Shown: positions 49,999 to 63,179 of the stretch, in pieces | Layout of the letters: each line of letters opens with the position of its first letter | Position numbering within the stretch: the first letter of the stretch is position 1 | DNA from: Felis catus | Taxonomy: Eukaryota | Assembly: GCF_018350175.1 (NCBI RefSeq) | Contig: NC_058368.1 | Coordinates: forward strand, 165,046,001 to 165,110,000 | Length of the DNA stretch: 64,000 nt | Reading direction: 5' to 3' | Translations under genes and position numbers: made by a program | Notes under the pieces: generated by a model | What the model saw: only the letters and a program-made list of their open reading frames with translations | Databases searched by the model: none | Told to the model about the DNA's origin: nothing

Positions 49999-50872
49999 AT
50001 ATAATTATAACAATTCAATAATAAATATCTCAGTTAAAAAGTAGTTAACACATTTAAATAGATGTTTATCTGAAGTAGATAAACAAATGGCCAATGAGGA
50101 CATGAAAAATGGTCAATATCATTAGATAAATGCAAATCAAAGCCATCAGATACACTTTATAACCACTAGATTGGATATAATAAAAAAAAGATGGGAAATA
50201 AAATGTGTTAGCAAGTGATATGGAGAAACTGGAACACTCATACATTAATAGTGAGAATTTAAAATATTGCTATGAAAAACAGTTTCAGTGGTTCCTCATA
50301 TGATACTGCACTTCTGCTCCTCGGTGTGTACTCAACAGAATTGAAACCAGGGGTTCTAAAAAATTTAAAAACAAAAGATCAGAGCAGCATTATTCTTAAT
50401 AGAGAAACAGAGAAAACAATCCAAATCTCCATCAACTCATGAATAAATTAACAAAATATTTACTCAATGCAATATTATTTGGCTATTAAAAGGGAAGCAT
50501 TGGTACATGGTACAACATGGCTGAGCCTGAATAGGCTGAACTTGAAAAATATTATGATAAGCAAAAAAAAAAAAAAAACAAGGCAAATCTATAGAGGCAG
50601 AAAGTAGATTTTCGTTTACTTAGGGTGAGGAGGTGACTCCGAATATGTAAGTGTTTTATTATGGAGTAATGAAGACTGTCTGAAAATAGATTTTGATGAT
50701 GGTTTCACAACTCTGTGAACATGCTAAAACCTGTAGATCTGTACACCTTAAGTAAATTAACTTTTAGTATGTTAGTATAACATACTAAAGATATGTAGGG
50801 AAAACCTCTTTGATAGCTATAATGATCCAGCTATAAAACTGTGTAATAATAAGTATTTTAGAATATTGAATC

Positions 50873-50874
<2 letters not shown>

Positions 50875-50918
<44 letters not shown>
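50875..50918. repeat. (TG)n microsatellite
   Basis: Read directly. Confidence 0.97.
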
Positions 50919-50921
<3 letters not shown>

Positions 50922-51280
50922 GTCATTGCATATGGTGGTTGTTTCCGGAAAAGCCCTACACATGGTTGCTAAAATTTGAAAAAAGTTGAAGAAATGTAAA
51001 GATAAGCATCTTAAATGAGGAAATTATAGGATAGAGGCATTAGTTCTATGAACTAAGGAGTGATTTGTAATCTAATTTAATAAAAGTAATAATTAAGACA
51101 AAAGAACAATATATCATAGATTGCCAATGAAAATTTTAGTTTTCTGTGGTGACCACTGCATCTCCCTGATTATGGGCTTTTATGAGTAGCTCAAGAAATT
51201 TTTATTTGTTTTTCTCCAATAAATGAATTGTATCTGTAGAATAAAAGGTATTTCTGAGTGGTTACTCTGCTTTTGTACAG

Positions 51281-51398
51281 AGGTGTCAATAACCTATATA
51301 TTCTGTGATGGTGTCAATGATCTTGCTTCCTTTAAGTGTCAGAGAATCACAGTATCCTTTTCAAGACGGGAGAATCAATCTCTGTTTTCCCTTTGCCT
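51281..51398 (+). other. Candidate exon, 118 nt
   Basis: Acceptor ctctgcttttgtacag; donor CCT|gtgagt; an open frame VSITYIFCDGVNDLASFKCQRITVSFSRRENQSLFSLC. Confidence 0.2.
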
Positions 51399-51689
51399 GT
51401 GAGTTACAAAGGTTTGAATAATCCAAAGCCTTTTTTTATGATTAGAGAGTGATTTTAGGTAGTATAGTAGAATAGATTCTATAGTCACTTGCTCCTTTGA
51501 AACTGTTCAGAGATGTATTTCCATAAATAAGTCATTTTCCTCTTACCCTATTTTTTTATTACTGGAGAATGTTGGATGCTAACATTTTCTTCTTTCTTAT
51601 GTATTAACTTCTCATTGCTTAGACATATCCTTAGTTTAATAATTTCAGTCTTCGTGTGAAAATATCTAAATAAATTTGTTCTTTGTTTC

Positions 51690-52090
51690 CCTGAAACACT
51701 ACCAGTTTTCTCACAGTTTCTTTTTTTGTACCAGTTTCCTCACAGTCACAGTCATCATTTTTGCTCCCAAGGCCAGAAAATTTGAACTCAATTCTCATTC
51801 TGACCTGTAGTCTCCCCTCCCATGCACATTTTGTACCTACCTATCATTACCTCTGGAATATTGCCCAGAATTGTCCTATTTTCACCTAGCATCTATTCTT
51901 TTTTCTGCTAAGCACTTTTTTCTCTGCTATTTCACTTCGCTAGTTCATGAGGTTTCTAAATCCACCCCTCTGTGTCCAAGACCTGAGAAAGACAGGGATC
52001 TCTGTGGTTTTGAGGAAAATAATTTTTAGCATTTTTTTAAAAGACACGGTGAGCACAGAGTATATTTTGTTGAATATATTTTGAAAATAA
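51690..52090 (+). mobile_element. L2 remnant
   Basis: ttgctcccaaggccagaaaatttgaactca...gacagggatctctgt...atattttgttgaat, an L2 3'-end pattern. Confidence 0.6.
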
Positions 52091-54227
52091 AAGAACTTTA
52101 TTAAAAGGATAAAAAGGAATGAGAAGACATAGAGTAAGGAAAGCAAAAGAAATAAGGTGAAAAATACAACTTGGTGAGAGTAGGATGCTTGAGAAACAGA
52201 AAACAGAAGAAGAATGCCTGGTGTGGTCTATGAAGGACAAAAGTTAATACAGGAAAAAGCAAGGCAGACACTAAATAATTGTGCAAGGGGTGGGAAAAAA
52301 TCCCCCAAATCAACAAGAACAGGAAGTGAATGGGGACATGGGAAAGTTTGGGAAAGGAGATTCTGCTTTTAAAACACATAGTGAAGGCTTTGATTGTTCA
52401 CTCTGTGAGCTCATCAAGAGGGAGCCCCTAAAGCTTTTGGGTATAAAATGCCTTTAGTAGATGGAGTGGAACCAAGCAGCTCAGTGTCTGGGGAATGGGC
52501 TGCCTGCACTCTATGCTTTGGCCCCCATAGCCACCGCACAACGTGCTATTCATAAGTGGCCCCAGTGTTCCTTGCCTCTGAGAAATTCAATGTGTAAGCT
52601 TTAGTTAAGAATGAAAAGCCATTATAAATTTTTGTCTCCATGCATATGGATAAGCTTTGATAATAATGTGTGGTAAAAAAAAAACACACTACATGGTGGA
52701 ACCTAATAGAAACTTTCACATGGTATTGTTTCCACCATGCATAATTCATAGAGAAGAAATTAGAAGAAAGCAGGCAGACATTGACTTCCTTAAGTTTTTG
52801 TTTTAGATTTTTTTCCTGACTTTTAATTTATTCCTTTGAGGGAAAAAAATGCGTGTCTTGTGCTCTATTGATATTGTTTTGCAGTGAGCTTTAAGTGTCA
52901 TCCAGGTTTTCTTGTTCAATCTAAAATCATATTTTATATGTTAATTTTACCCTTCATTGTTTGTTGTCTCATTTGTTTTTAATCATCATCTTTTAGAGAA
53001 TTTTATTCAGGATTCAAGAACTATTATCCTTCAGTGATTCTACAATATAATGAAGCATATTTGCAACACAATATTTTTCTTAAATCCAAGGATATTATCG
53101 TCATATGCATTTTCAAAGTCTCCTAGAAAGTCTTCGTGTAACTGAATTAAATATAGTTTGATTAAATTAAGTAAATTAAATTACTCATTACCAGTAATAA
53201 CGTTAAGCTTTAGAATGCATTTGAATTGGAAAAGAATTTGAATACCTGGCTTAACAGCTCTAGTGTGGTGTGAAATTAATTTGCATTATACATATCTTAC
53301 CTCTTTTCAATAAATGCATAGATGGAAGACAGAATGAGAAAGATAAGAGACTCTGAAAACCACTTTTAAAATTTATTAATTAAAAAGGGCATTTTCCATG
53401 GTGAGCAAATGAACTAAAACATGATTACTTATTGAAGAAAAAATGTTCAATTATATAATAACATTAAATAATGAATCATTAAATACCTAAAAACATTATT
53501 TTCCTAGAGGCCATATCATTTCATTGTAACCCAATATAAGCACTAGGACTATTGTTGCTAATGCTAATAAATTCATTCTGAGGGTTCTAGTTTTGGTAAT
53601 TGGTTACAGAAGGGGAGGAATAATAGGTAATGAAGTCAGAAGTATAACCTATCACTTGATTCATTTCACTTGATATTTTTGCTACTGTGAATTTCTAAGG
53701 CCAAGGTAATTTTTTATCTTGTTTTTTGGCAAGTAAACTTTCTTCTTTTTCTGCAGACAAATGGAACTCACCATCAACTTCTTAAGAAATGTTAGACTTC
53801 TTCCTAGAATAAATTTATGCAAGACATGTAAAAACATGTAAATAATTATCCTGACTGAATTATATGAATGTAGGTAATATTCTAGTGTTAGATAATATAT
53901 AAGAATTTTTCCCCACCTAATACTAGTAGCATGCAAATTCTAAAGATGGAATCTGTGCTTCTCTGTCTAGTATGCTATCATTTAATTTTAATTGATCAGT
54001 TGGTCTACAACATCCAGTAGATGATATACATTATCTGTGAAAGATCAAATATTTTAAAAGATATTGGACTAAAAATGCTGCTTCTAGAAAGCCTAACAAA
54101 ACTTATATCAGGAAAATGAGACATTTAAAAGTCTTTGACACATACTTTAACTACGGAGAGTACTCAACAATGAGATTATAAAACAGAGGCAAATTGAAAC
54201 TTCTTAATAAATAAAGGAGGAAGAAAC

Positions 54228-54229
<2 letters not shown>

Positions 54230-54268
<39 letters not shown>
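54230..54268. repeat. (CA)n microsatellite
   Basis: Read directly. Confidence 0.97.
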
Positions 54269-54271
<3 letters not shown>

Positions 54272-57151
54272 TGCTACCACAAAGGGACATGGAAAGAAAG
54301 AGAGCATATAACAATTTTTCATAAGAAAGTTATCACAGAATCCAAACATGTGGAAATATTTAATATAGTCAACTTTTTCCCCATAAGTTAAGAAGCACTC
54401 AATCAAATAATCCCTCTCATAAGATTACCTTTTAAGATATTAAATTCATATTTATGATATCAATAAAGCATAGGAATGCAAAAAAGAAATTCAACTTTGA
54501 GAAATTATCTACATTGTTCCAAATATAAATATACAAGGAAGTGTGATCTTAATTTCAGCATACATGTAATAAAGTTTTGTAATTAGTAATACATAGATGG
54601 GGGAGGAAAATGGAACATCATTACCTCTTTAATTCTTAAGGACTTTTAAGGTCTAACTTTATATACAGTTGTGTTCCATTCAAAGTTATGAGTTAAGCAT
54701 CTGTTTTGGAATTTTTGAAAAATAATTTATATAAATGACATTAAATGTTAGAAGAGATACATTAAAATAATATAATATTATATTACCTGAGCTAATTTTA
54801 CTATGTAAATATAAGCGACTTCAAGTCATTTTATACATGCATAATTAGTCTTAAAACCATAAAGTGCTAGTAAATTTTATTTTTAATAATGCTGCACACC
54901 ATTTATTTTAATATTATTGCTTTGTATATTACCAAAGTAAAATCTCATTTTGATATGGGACATGGAGCTGCTAGAAATTATCCAGACATCTAAGGTTAAA
55001 ATAACTCTTAAAGAATGGAACTGGCCTATATCAATATGTTAGTGATAAAGTCAGTAATCTGGTTAAAAAAAGGAACTGTAAGTTCAGTCATTAAACTAAT
55101 CGTATTTAAACATGTAGAATTTGCTGGCACACTTACAAGCATACAATAGGAATGAACATCCAATATCCATTAGGAAAGTGTACCTGTTAGAATCTTTAGA
55201 GTCATAAGGGTTTTGTTTGAATCATGACTTTAAAAAATTTTTATATCTTTGTATACATATGAAAGCTATTCTTTCAGAAGATAAAATGTGTTATTTAAGG
55301 AAGATGATTTGCACATGATTTATAAAAGTCAAGCAATCTAATCAGACCAAATTGGCCGTTATGTATCCATCCCTAACCAGGGTAGACTGTGACCAGACTA
55401 ACGAAAATGTCTCTAGGCTGTAGAGCAGATCTGTCATTATAAAGGAGATGAATGCATCCAATGTTCATTGCTTCAGGACATTAATCATAAAGATTTTACA
55501 ATCTACCTCCAACCCTTGTTATGATTATCTAGTAGGAAGCAATATTCTGATTTTAATTCGACTTCTCATACAATTTTGCCTACAGGGAGTGATTATGAAC
55601 CCAAGTATCCTATTATATTCCCTACTTTAATGCATTGGCATTCTTATTTTAATGTATTAGTTTCAGAGAGCTTGTTCAATGTAAATCTTTCTCCAAGTGA
55701 TTAATCCACTATTACACAAATGAAAATAAATGAAATTTTTAAATCTATAATCTGGCAGATCCTGTTTTTTTCAAGGTAGTGTTACACTACAGGACTCTTA
55801 GAAATGTCCACATGGATTCCAAACTTACTATACAGAATCTTTTCACACCGTAAAAAAAAAAATGATCCACTTTTATATTACAAGAAGGGGAAAAATTTAG
55901 AAGAGAAGAATGCATGATAATGTGTAGCTTACTACTTTCCTTCATTAGTAAAGTAGAAGCACAAACTGGAAATGACTTGTATAGTGTGTCTGTAGAAAAC
56001 AGACAAAAGAGGCAGAAAGTTACCTTCTGACTTTGTCATACCATACAAATGAGTGATTGCAACTGTCAGAACTTAATACATATTTAAAACTCTAACTGCA
56101 TGGGATTCTGGGACACGTAGTCTGTGGCTTCTAGACTCTATGGTGAAGTTTAAGAGAAGGAAGGTGAAATGGACTTTGAGCTATGCCATACGACACAGTA
56201 TTTTTTGTAAATGTCCTAAAGAAATATATTTATATTTTTCTCCAGGTAAGTTGTGTAAGGATATTTATTATGGAATTCTTTGTGATAACAGTGAGTTGGA
56301 ACGTATCTAAGTCTCATCTATACAGGAAAAGGAAAGCAATATATGGTAGATATACACTATAGATTACTATGTAGCAGTAAGAGGCAACAAACTACATATA
56401 CATACCTCAACAAGATAGATGTAAAAATAGTTTGGAGATAAGGGACTACATCAGAGAACTTGCAAAAATAGCTTTTATGGAAATCTAAAACACCATAAAC
56501 AGTGTGTATTTTATGATATGCATGAATTATTAAAAGGCTTGCAAACCTATTTAAATGTGTATTTATCAAATATATTAGTCTAGGCACCTATGAGAGTGCT
56601 TCTTATTACCAGCTTGAACCTGGAAACCACAAATAGAAGGGGATTCTGGAATATATTGTTCTGTCTCCTCCTCTTGTGATACAGAAGAGATGTTACTTAA
56701 GCCATACAAACCAGCATAGTCCACCCTTTGCCAATTTAGCATCCATATATCTTCCCTTTAAATTCTATCTAATCTTTTAAGACTAAGCAGTGTTATTCCT
56801 AATTTTCTGTAACTATCCTTAGTACAACCATAGACCAATCTTCTTTGCCCCAAAATGCACCTTTATGATTTGTGAGTTCTAAATCATTTTTGTAGTTTAA
56901 TCACAGTCTCCCTTAACATTTTAATGTAAACTGGATTATAATGTAGCCACTATTAATCCACTTTGATATTAGGTAGGAGGGCAATGGGGAAGGGAAATAT
57001 CAGTTGATTATATACAAATACATTCTTGTCAAAGAAGTAAGAAAATAGCCATGGCTATTACTGATTAGATTCTGCAATGTGTGATTATGTTTGGACTTAT
57101 ATTTTCCTTTTATTGCCATTTGTTCAATCATCTCATTGGTTCCAACATCTG

Positions 57152-57229
57152 CATTTTTTGTTTTTGTTTTGTTCTTAGAGAGAGAGGGAGGAAGGGAAAG
57201 AGCACACAAGCAGGTGATAGGGTCAGAAG

Positions 57230-57312
<83 letters not shown>

Positions 57313-57435
57313 TCTTAAGCAGGCTCCATGCTCAGCGCAGAGCCCAATGCAGGGCTGGATCCCACGACCCTGGAAGCATAACCTGACCTAAAAACAAGAG
57401 TCAATGCTCAACAGACTGAGCCACCCAGGCACCCC
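57152..57435 (-). mobile_element. CAN-SINE with expanded (GA)n
   Basis: Full body. Confidence 0.93.
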
Positions 57436-58616
57436 TCAGCATCAGCATTATTTATCTAGTGGGGTACCCAGAAGGGTCCAAATCAGTAAGATCTGCCTCT
57501 GTTGGATCTTCAATCATGTACCCAAAATATTGGTTCTATCTGTGTGTGCATAGGGCACATTCTGGGGTGCCCTAAAAGACTAAGTACTAAAAGTCTTTTA
57601 GTACTTTTTTATCAAATTAAAATTAAAAGAAAACTGTAGTCCCTATAGTCTAGCCATATGATTCCTGGCTAAACTCTTTATATGGCTCCATTCCCCAAGG
57701 AGGCTGACTACTGTTCCTTGGAAAATTTTGCCATATAAAAAGTTTAGCACTGATTTCTACTGTTGGCAGTTTGTTTGTTTGTGTGTTTGTTTTTTAAACT
57801 CAATAATAGTTGCAGCTGAAATATATGTGGTGAGAATAAAAGCATACCGGTATGATTGCATATAACATTCACCTTTGCTGCAATCCATAAGCTGATTATT
57901 CAATAACTGGATGTTAGAGGGAGAGACTGAATGACATCCACATAAGATGTAATTTTTGTCCATGTGATTATTGAAAGTTTCCTCTATGGTGGATTTTCTT
58001 TGGTGAATGTTTACATGAGATGTGGATATAATTATACTATGTCTTCTAAGGGAACCTACACATATTTTTAACCCAGATCTCCACTTTTCCAATTATGTTC
58101 CTTCAAGTCCCTGAAAAATCAATCAAACCATTATTAACTGCTCTTGAATTAGGATAGATCCATATCCCTGATCATTCCTCCTCCAAGCAAAGTGAATAAC
58201 CAGATGCACTATTTTAAATCATTTTCACTGGGAATATATTCCTTTCCTACTGAGAAGTTACACTTCCTGAGCCATCATCCCTTGAATGGTGTCAAAATGT
58301 CATGTGGAATTGTCTGAAAACAGCTCCAAGTATTGTCTTTCCAAGTTCATTGGACATAGGCAATTGCCCATGTGGCTGTGGGTAGGGGTGTGGAAGCAGG
58401 AGTGGTATGAGTGAAATTTGAGCTATGTCTCATGCAAATTACTTGTGACTATAGAATCTGCTCTAAAGCTATGTTGATTATTTGCACATGATAAGTACTT
58501 TTTTGTATGTCCAACTTTATGGTTTCATAGGTTAGACAAGGTAAAGAATATCTTAGGATGCATCATACCTTAATGTAAGTTAGTAAAGGATTCATTGTCT
58601 TTTAAGGCTGTTATCA

Positions 58617-58620
58617 AAAA

Positions 58621-58663
<43 letters not shown>
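58617..58663. repeat. (TAAA)n microsatellite
   Basis: Read directly. Confidence 0.95.
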
Positions 58664-58731
58664 AATTTAAAAGAAGAAGATCAAGTTGAAGGAGAAGGGG
58701 AAGGAGAAGGAGAAGAAGAAGAAAGAAGAAG

Positions 58732-58952
58732 GGGGCGCCTGGGTGGCGCAGTCGGTTAAGCGTCCGACTTCAGCCAGGTCACGATCTCGCGGTCCGTGAG
58801 TTCGAGCCCCGCATCAGGCTCTGGGCTGATGGCTCAGAGCCTGGAGCCTGTTTCCGATTCTGTGTCTCCCTCTCTCTGCCCCTCCCCCGTTCATGCTCTG
58901 TCTCTCTCTGTCCCAAAAATAAATAAACGTTGAAAAAAAAATTAAAAAAAAA
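58732..58952 (+). mobile_element. Young SINEC_Fc-type CAN-SINE inserted in a GAA-rich tract
   Basis: CpG-intact body; TSD aagaaagaagaag. Confidence 0.97.
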
Positions 58953-61449
58953 AAGAAAGAAGAAGAAGAAGAAGAAAGAAGAAGAAGAAGAAGGCAAAGA
59001 GGAGGAGGAGGAGTTGTATTGTGAAGAGAGCATGGCTATTTTCCAGATTTCTTAAGGAGCATACAGTTTGGAGAATGTAGAAATCTTGTACATAATCTCT
59101 ATTAGTCATAAACATTTTAAACACTATTGGGTATGCACAATTATATGACCAATGAATAAAGGACCTTCTGTGGCAATATGGACTTTCATTCATGACACTT
59201 ATTTCTCTATATAGGTTGATCAGTTAATGAATAAAGTGGCATACTCAAATGTAGTATGTGTGGGACAAGTTGATTTTAGGATCTGAAAAGACTCACTTCC
59301 CGTTTTTAATGTTAGAGGGTACAGATTGCAACATAATTGTCTTTCACTGTCATATATATCTCAACATGATGCAAACCACTAGACTTACAAACTTCACTGA
59401 AGTGATGATAGTCCCTTAAACCTTGGGAGACTAGACTATATTGACCATTCTCTGGCAAACATAAATATTAATGGGGTTTCTAGGGTATTATATTTTTCTT
59501 GATCACCAAATCCAATGAGCATGAGGTCATCAATACAGATGAGGTCATACCATATAGATCAGAATGAGATCTTGAGTAATGGAAAGATAATCAAGGTCTG
59601 TAAGGACTAAGTGATGATAGAGGTAGCGAGCTAAGGTACTTCTGCTCTAAGATTAAAAAAAAAAAACAGCACTCTCAAGAATAGAAACATATAAAACATT
59701 ACTAGAGGTATTAATTTGCTCCTATTAAGTAACCACATCTGGAATTCAGCTACAATTGTAAGAAGTTTCTGGAAACCCACTTTAATTCTCCAAGATGAGT
59801 TTTTCTTTTGCACAGGCCAAACAGGAGTTTGGGAATGTAAATGTAATATCCACCACTGCATCTTTCAGGTATTTGATTATGATATTAATCTCTGCAGTCT
59901 TCCAGGATGTGGTATATAACTTTTGGTTTATTCTTTTGGTAAGAAGAAGGAGTCCCAGAGACTTGTGCTTAACCTTTTCCATCCTGATAGTCCACACTTC
60001 ATTTATCATGGGACTAATGTGGGAATTCTGACAGTGTGGAATTTATCTGTTCATATTGTATATCTGAGAACTGGCAAAAAAACCCCTACAGAGTAAGTTA
60101 TGTGACCCACCAGGTACATTGTGCAATGGACCATGACAAAATCTCTATCATCTCACTACTAATAGCCCTTGTTTTTACTGGTAAGCCAGAGGAGTGTTTC
60201 TGGTCCCAAGGAATTAACTTCAGTTCAGAGATAGTGCCAAGTAGTCCATGAAAAGTTTTTGATTTTTCCTCTCTCCCCATTCCCCACCCCCCACCCCCTC
60301 CAAATTCACTCTGGCAAATGGGTTCAGGTTCCCTTGAGAAAGACTGGGAGAAGTGTTATATTATGTAATTGTGGCAGCATTTCAAGCTCCTTGCTGAAGT
60401 GGTCCTTGCCTCTCTCATGAAGATCTGGGTCTGGAATTGGCTTATATCTGGGAACTGAATATGGGTTCATGACTATCTCATTCCAGTGTTAAAGAGGACT
60501 TTATTGACTTCAGATAAATCAGAATAGAGAGCCAATTTTAGATTGTCATTTTTGAAGATTTTTCCCCGTGAAGTAATTTCTGGTAGCCACATATATATCA
60601 GTCAGTGTTAATTTAGGAATAGAGAAAATTTTGTATAAATTAAAAATGCTGAAGATTTTAATATTTTTGAATACATGTTTATGCAGTTATTGAAAGAGGA
60701 GTGAGGTTATTGCTGGAGGAGTGAGGTTATGAAAATATTATCAATGAGAATATCAGCTTGTTAGTGAAATCTCAAAGCTGAGAATCTTTGACAAAAAGTA
60801 TCAGTCCGCAGCGGCAAAGCAAGTTATTCACGAGGGCTTAACCCGAAGAAGCAAATGCCTTTGGTTGTCCCACAAGTGTGGCCGTCATTATCTCTGGAAA
60901 ATAATGGCTTCTTCTTGAAAGACTTAAAGCTAGGACCATAAAAAGAAGAAAATCACGGCGGATATAGATCCCAACACCTCTGTAACTGAAAGAGTCCTTA
61001 AAAGTTGCCAGTGATGAAGCTGGGTTAATAACCAGCAATTCAGTGCATATAGAAAATAATATCCAGAGGGCTTTTTTAGTCTGTTTGAATATGTGGAATG
61101 ATGATTTTCCATTTTTGGATATATTTGTTCTTTCTTAGAACTCGTAATTTCATACTATTACCACTGAATTTCTGAATTTTTCTACGCACTCTAAGAAAAG
61201 AAGGACATTTTGTTTTATTTATTGATTTACTTTTAGGGTCTAGAAGAGTACCTGTCATTTATTAGCTCATAATTATATAGATGGATAGATGTACAGATAG
61301 ATAAGATCATATATGTGAAATTATATCTAGGTAAAATTCTGATGGTTAGAATATACTTCCTTAAATGGAGTTTAAAATATCTTTGTAACTCTTCTACTCT
61401 TTCATTTCTAAATCTAATCCTTGGCAATATACAAGGTATCTTCAATCGT

Positions 61450-61790
61450 TTTTTCTAATAACATCATTTCAAATACTTAAAGATTCGTTCTTCTTGCCTC
61501 TAGTTCAATGCAGGCTAAATATCACAATTCCTTTGAAACATATCTCACCTGATATGGTTCCAAATCACCATTCTAATTATTTTTTAAAAATAAACCAATG
61601 TTTGTCAATGTCTCTCTTAAATCCTTATAAATCAAGGTGTCCAGGACTAGAGTGGATTGTTCCAAATAGTTTCAAGCAGAGTGTTGTTATTATTCACCTT
61701 ATTCTACTCTCTATCTGGCAACCATGTCAACAATTGTTTAATATTGCCTTGTTGCATCTAAGCCACATATATCTTTTTGTGTATTACTGC
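61450..61790 (-). mobile_element. CR1/L3 LINE remnant
   Basis: caggctaaatatcacaattcc...gatatggttcca...tttgtcaatgtctctcttaaa...ggtgtccaggact matches recalled antisense L3. Confidence 0.7.
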
Positions 61791-63179
61791 TATTGGTTTT
61801 AAGTATATAAGAGTTAATTCACTCCTATAAAAACATTCACTTCTAAAGCAAGTGTAGCTATGAGTTTTGAACTACAAGTCTTTCACAATCCATTATAGGA
61901 GTGAGATTTCCTTAGGCATATAGTTTGGTGGCAACAATGAGAGAAGTCAGTTATCAGCATTCATAACACATGATAACAAGTGAAACAATAGTTAACCCTG
62001 TCTATTTTGAAGAGTAATTGTGCACAATATAGTTCTCTTGAAGAAGAGGAAGCTTAGGGAAAATGAACTTAAAATTGACAGGAGAGCAAAAGGGGCTCAA
62101 AGCAAAAACAAACAAACAAACAAAAAAACAAAACACTAGACTTCATCAAATGAAGTTATGAAGAGAAAAATAGAACAAGATCTTATACATTAAATTAAAT
62201 TTTTCAGAAGCTAGAACCAGCAATTATTTTGACTAAAATCATGGTTTAGGGCTACAAAGCACTTTATTTTAGGAATCTTATTGTGAAAGAAATTCATAGT
62301 CTAAGCAAGTCACAGTTTTGTGTTAGAATACCTACTTTATGTTCCAATTGTGTTCTATAAACATTTAAATGTGCTTTAATGAATTATGGGCATTATTCTC
62401 TTTCAAAATGATGTACATTGTTTTAAAAGGTTTTTCTAAAAACCTCTGAATGTATTTGCTACAGTAAAAGTATTCTTTTAGTCAACAGAAAGGCCGAATT
62501 TGAATTTCCATTGAGAATATTGCAGTGACAGTGAAGTATTTGGTGGATACAGTCATCACATGGCAATGCGTACATGATTCTGATATGGGTCTTTGGTGCA
62601 CCATGAAGATAAATAGCCAAGAAAGTTATGAGAAAGGGAATAGCCAGAGTATAGAGTTAAAAGAAATGTTCAAAGACTATGGGTTGGTGATTTATTGTTT
62701 TAATAACACTTGATGATTTGTCAAAATCTTTTAAAGGGCACTTATCTTCTTTCATAGAATATGACAGATTGCAACCATGAAATTCTGTACTTCCAAAAAT
62801 GCACAGAATTCCCACTGATACCCTTGATCTAATGGCAGTTTTTCACAGAAAGAGAGTTCTATTTCCCAAGGCCTATATATACCCTGATGTCCATACCTCC
62901 ACAGAGTAATCAATCTATAACATCACTATTAGCTGAGCAGAGATTCACAAGAGACTCACATGCCCTATGTATGTGAATTGATCATATTAATATATGTTTT
63001 CTTCATTTAAATATATTCTCTCATTTGTGTAACAGACATATAGCAATGGTTTATATTGCACATATTCTCTCTTCTATATACAGTGCATTCCTATTTACAT
63101 TCTATACAGATTTTAGCCTTCAGAGGTGCATATGAAAAGTATATAACACTGTATTGCATGCATTTCTTAACCACTTATG

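Larger units (their letters stand above)
43030..50770 (+). mobile_element. Old L1 mosaic (5' region, ORF1, deleted ORF2, 3' UTR) with nested L1, MER21 and SINEs
   Basis: ORF2 motifs ENFRPISLCNIGA (~48766), HMIMSLDGEKAF (~48958) and LNFIKVKNFCAS (49582-49788 ORF); L1 3' UTR at 50400-50770. Confidence 0.9.
56590..60490 (-). mobile_element. Decayed ERV-L class provirus remnant (gag end, protease, RT, RNase H, PPT, partial 3' LTR)
   Basis: KTFHGLLGTISELKLIPWDQK (protease), PVWPVQKKNSSWRIKVGFQKL (RT; [25 protein letters not shown]), SHVNIHQRKSTIEETFNNHMDK (RNase H; SHVNAHQRVTSAEEDFNNQVDR), and PPT-like AAAGGGTGGACT at 56729-56718. Confidence 0.9.

Noticed and set aside
48200..50300. Functional L1 ORF2
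   Set aside because: Many stops and frameshifts, a large deletion near 49120-49160 and a SINE insertion
52443..52450. TATAAAA as a promoter
   Set aside because: Isolated motif in AT-rich DNA with no supporting CCAAT spacing or nearby donor
57757..60280. ERV-L ORF pieces as a domesticated retroviral gene
   Set aside because: Short fragments in shifting frames with stops, SINE and microsatellite insertions, and the protease DTG motif is lost (GTI)
60920..60945. aaagctaggacc resembling mitochondrial 12S rRNA (numt)
   Set aside because: The conserved continuation caaactgggattagatacc is absent
62525..62713. DSEVFGGYS resembling a TLDc-domain motif and the 62-aa ORF
   Set aside because: Similarity is limited to a few residues, that frame closes quickly and there is no clear donor
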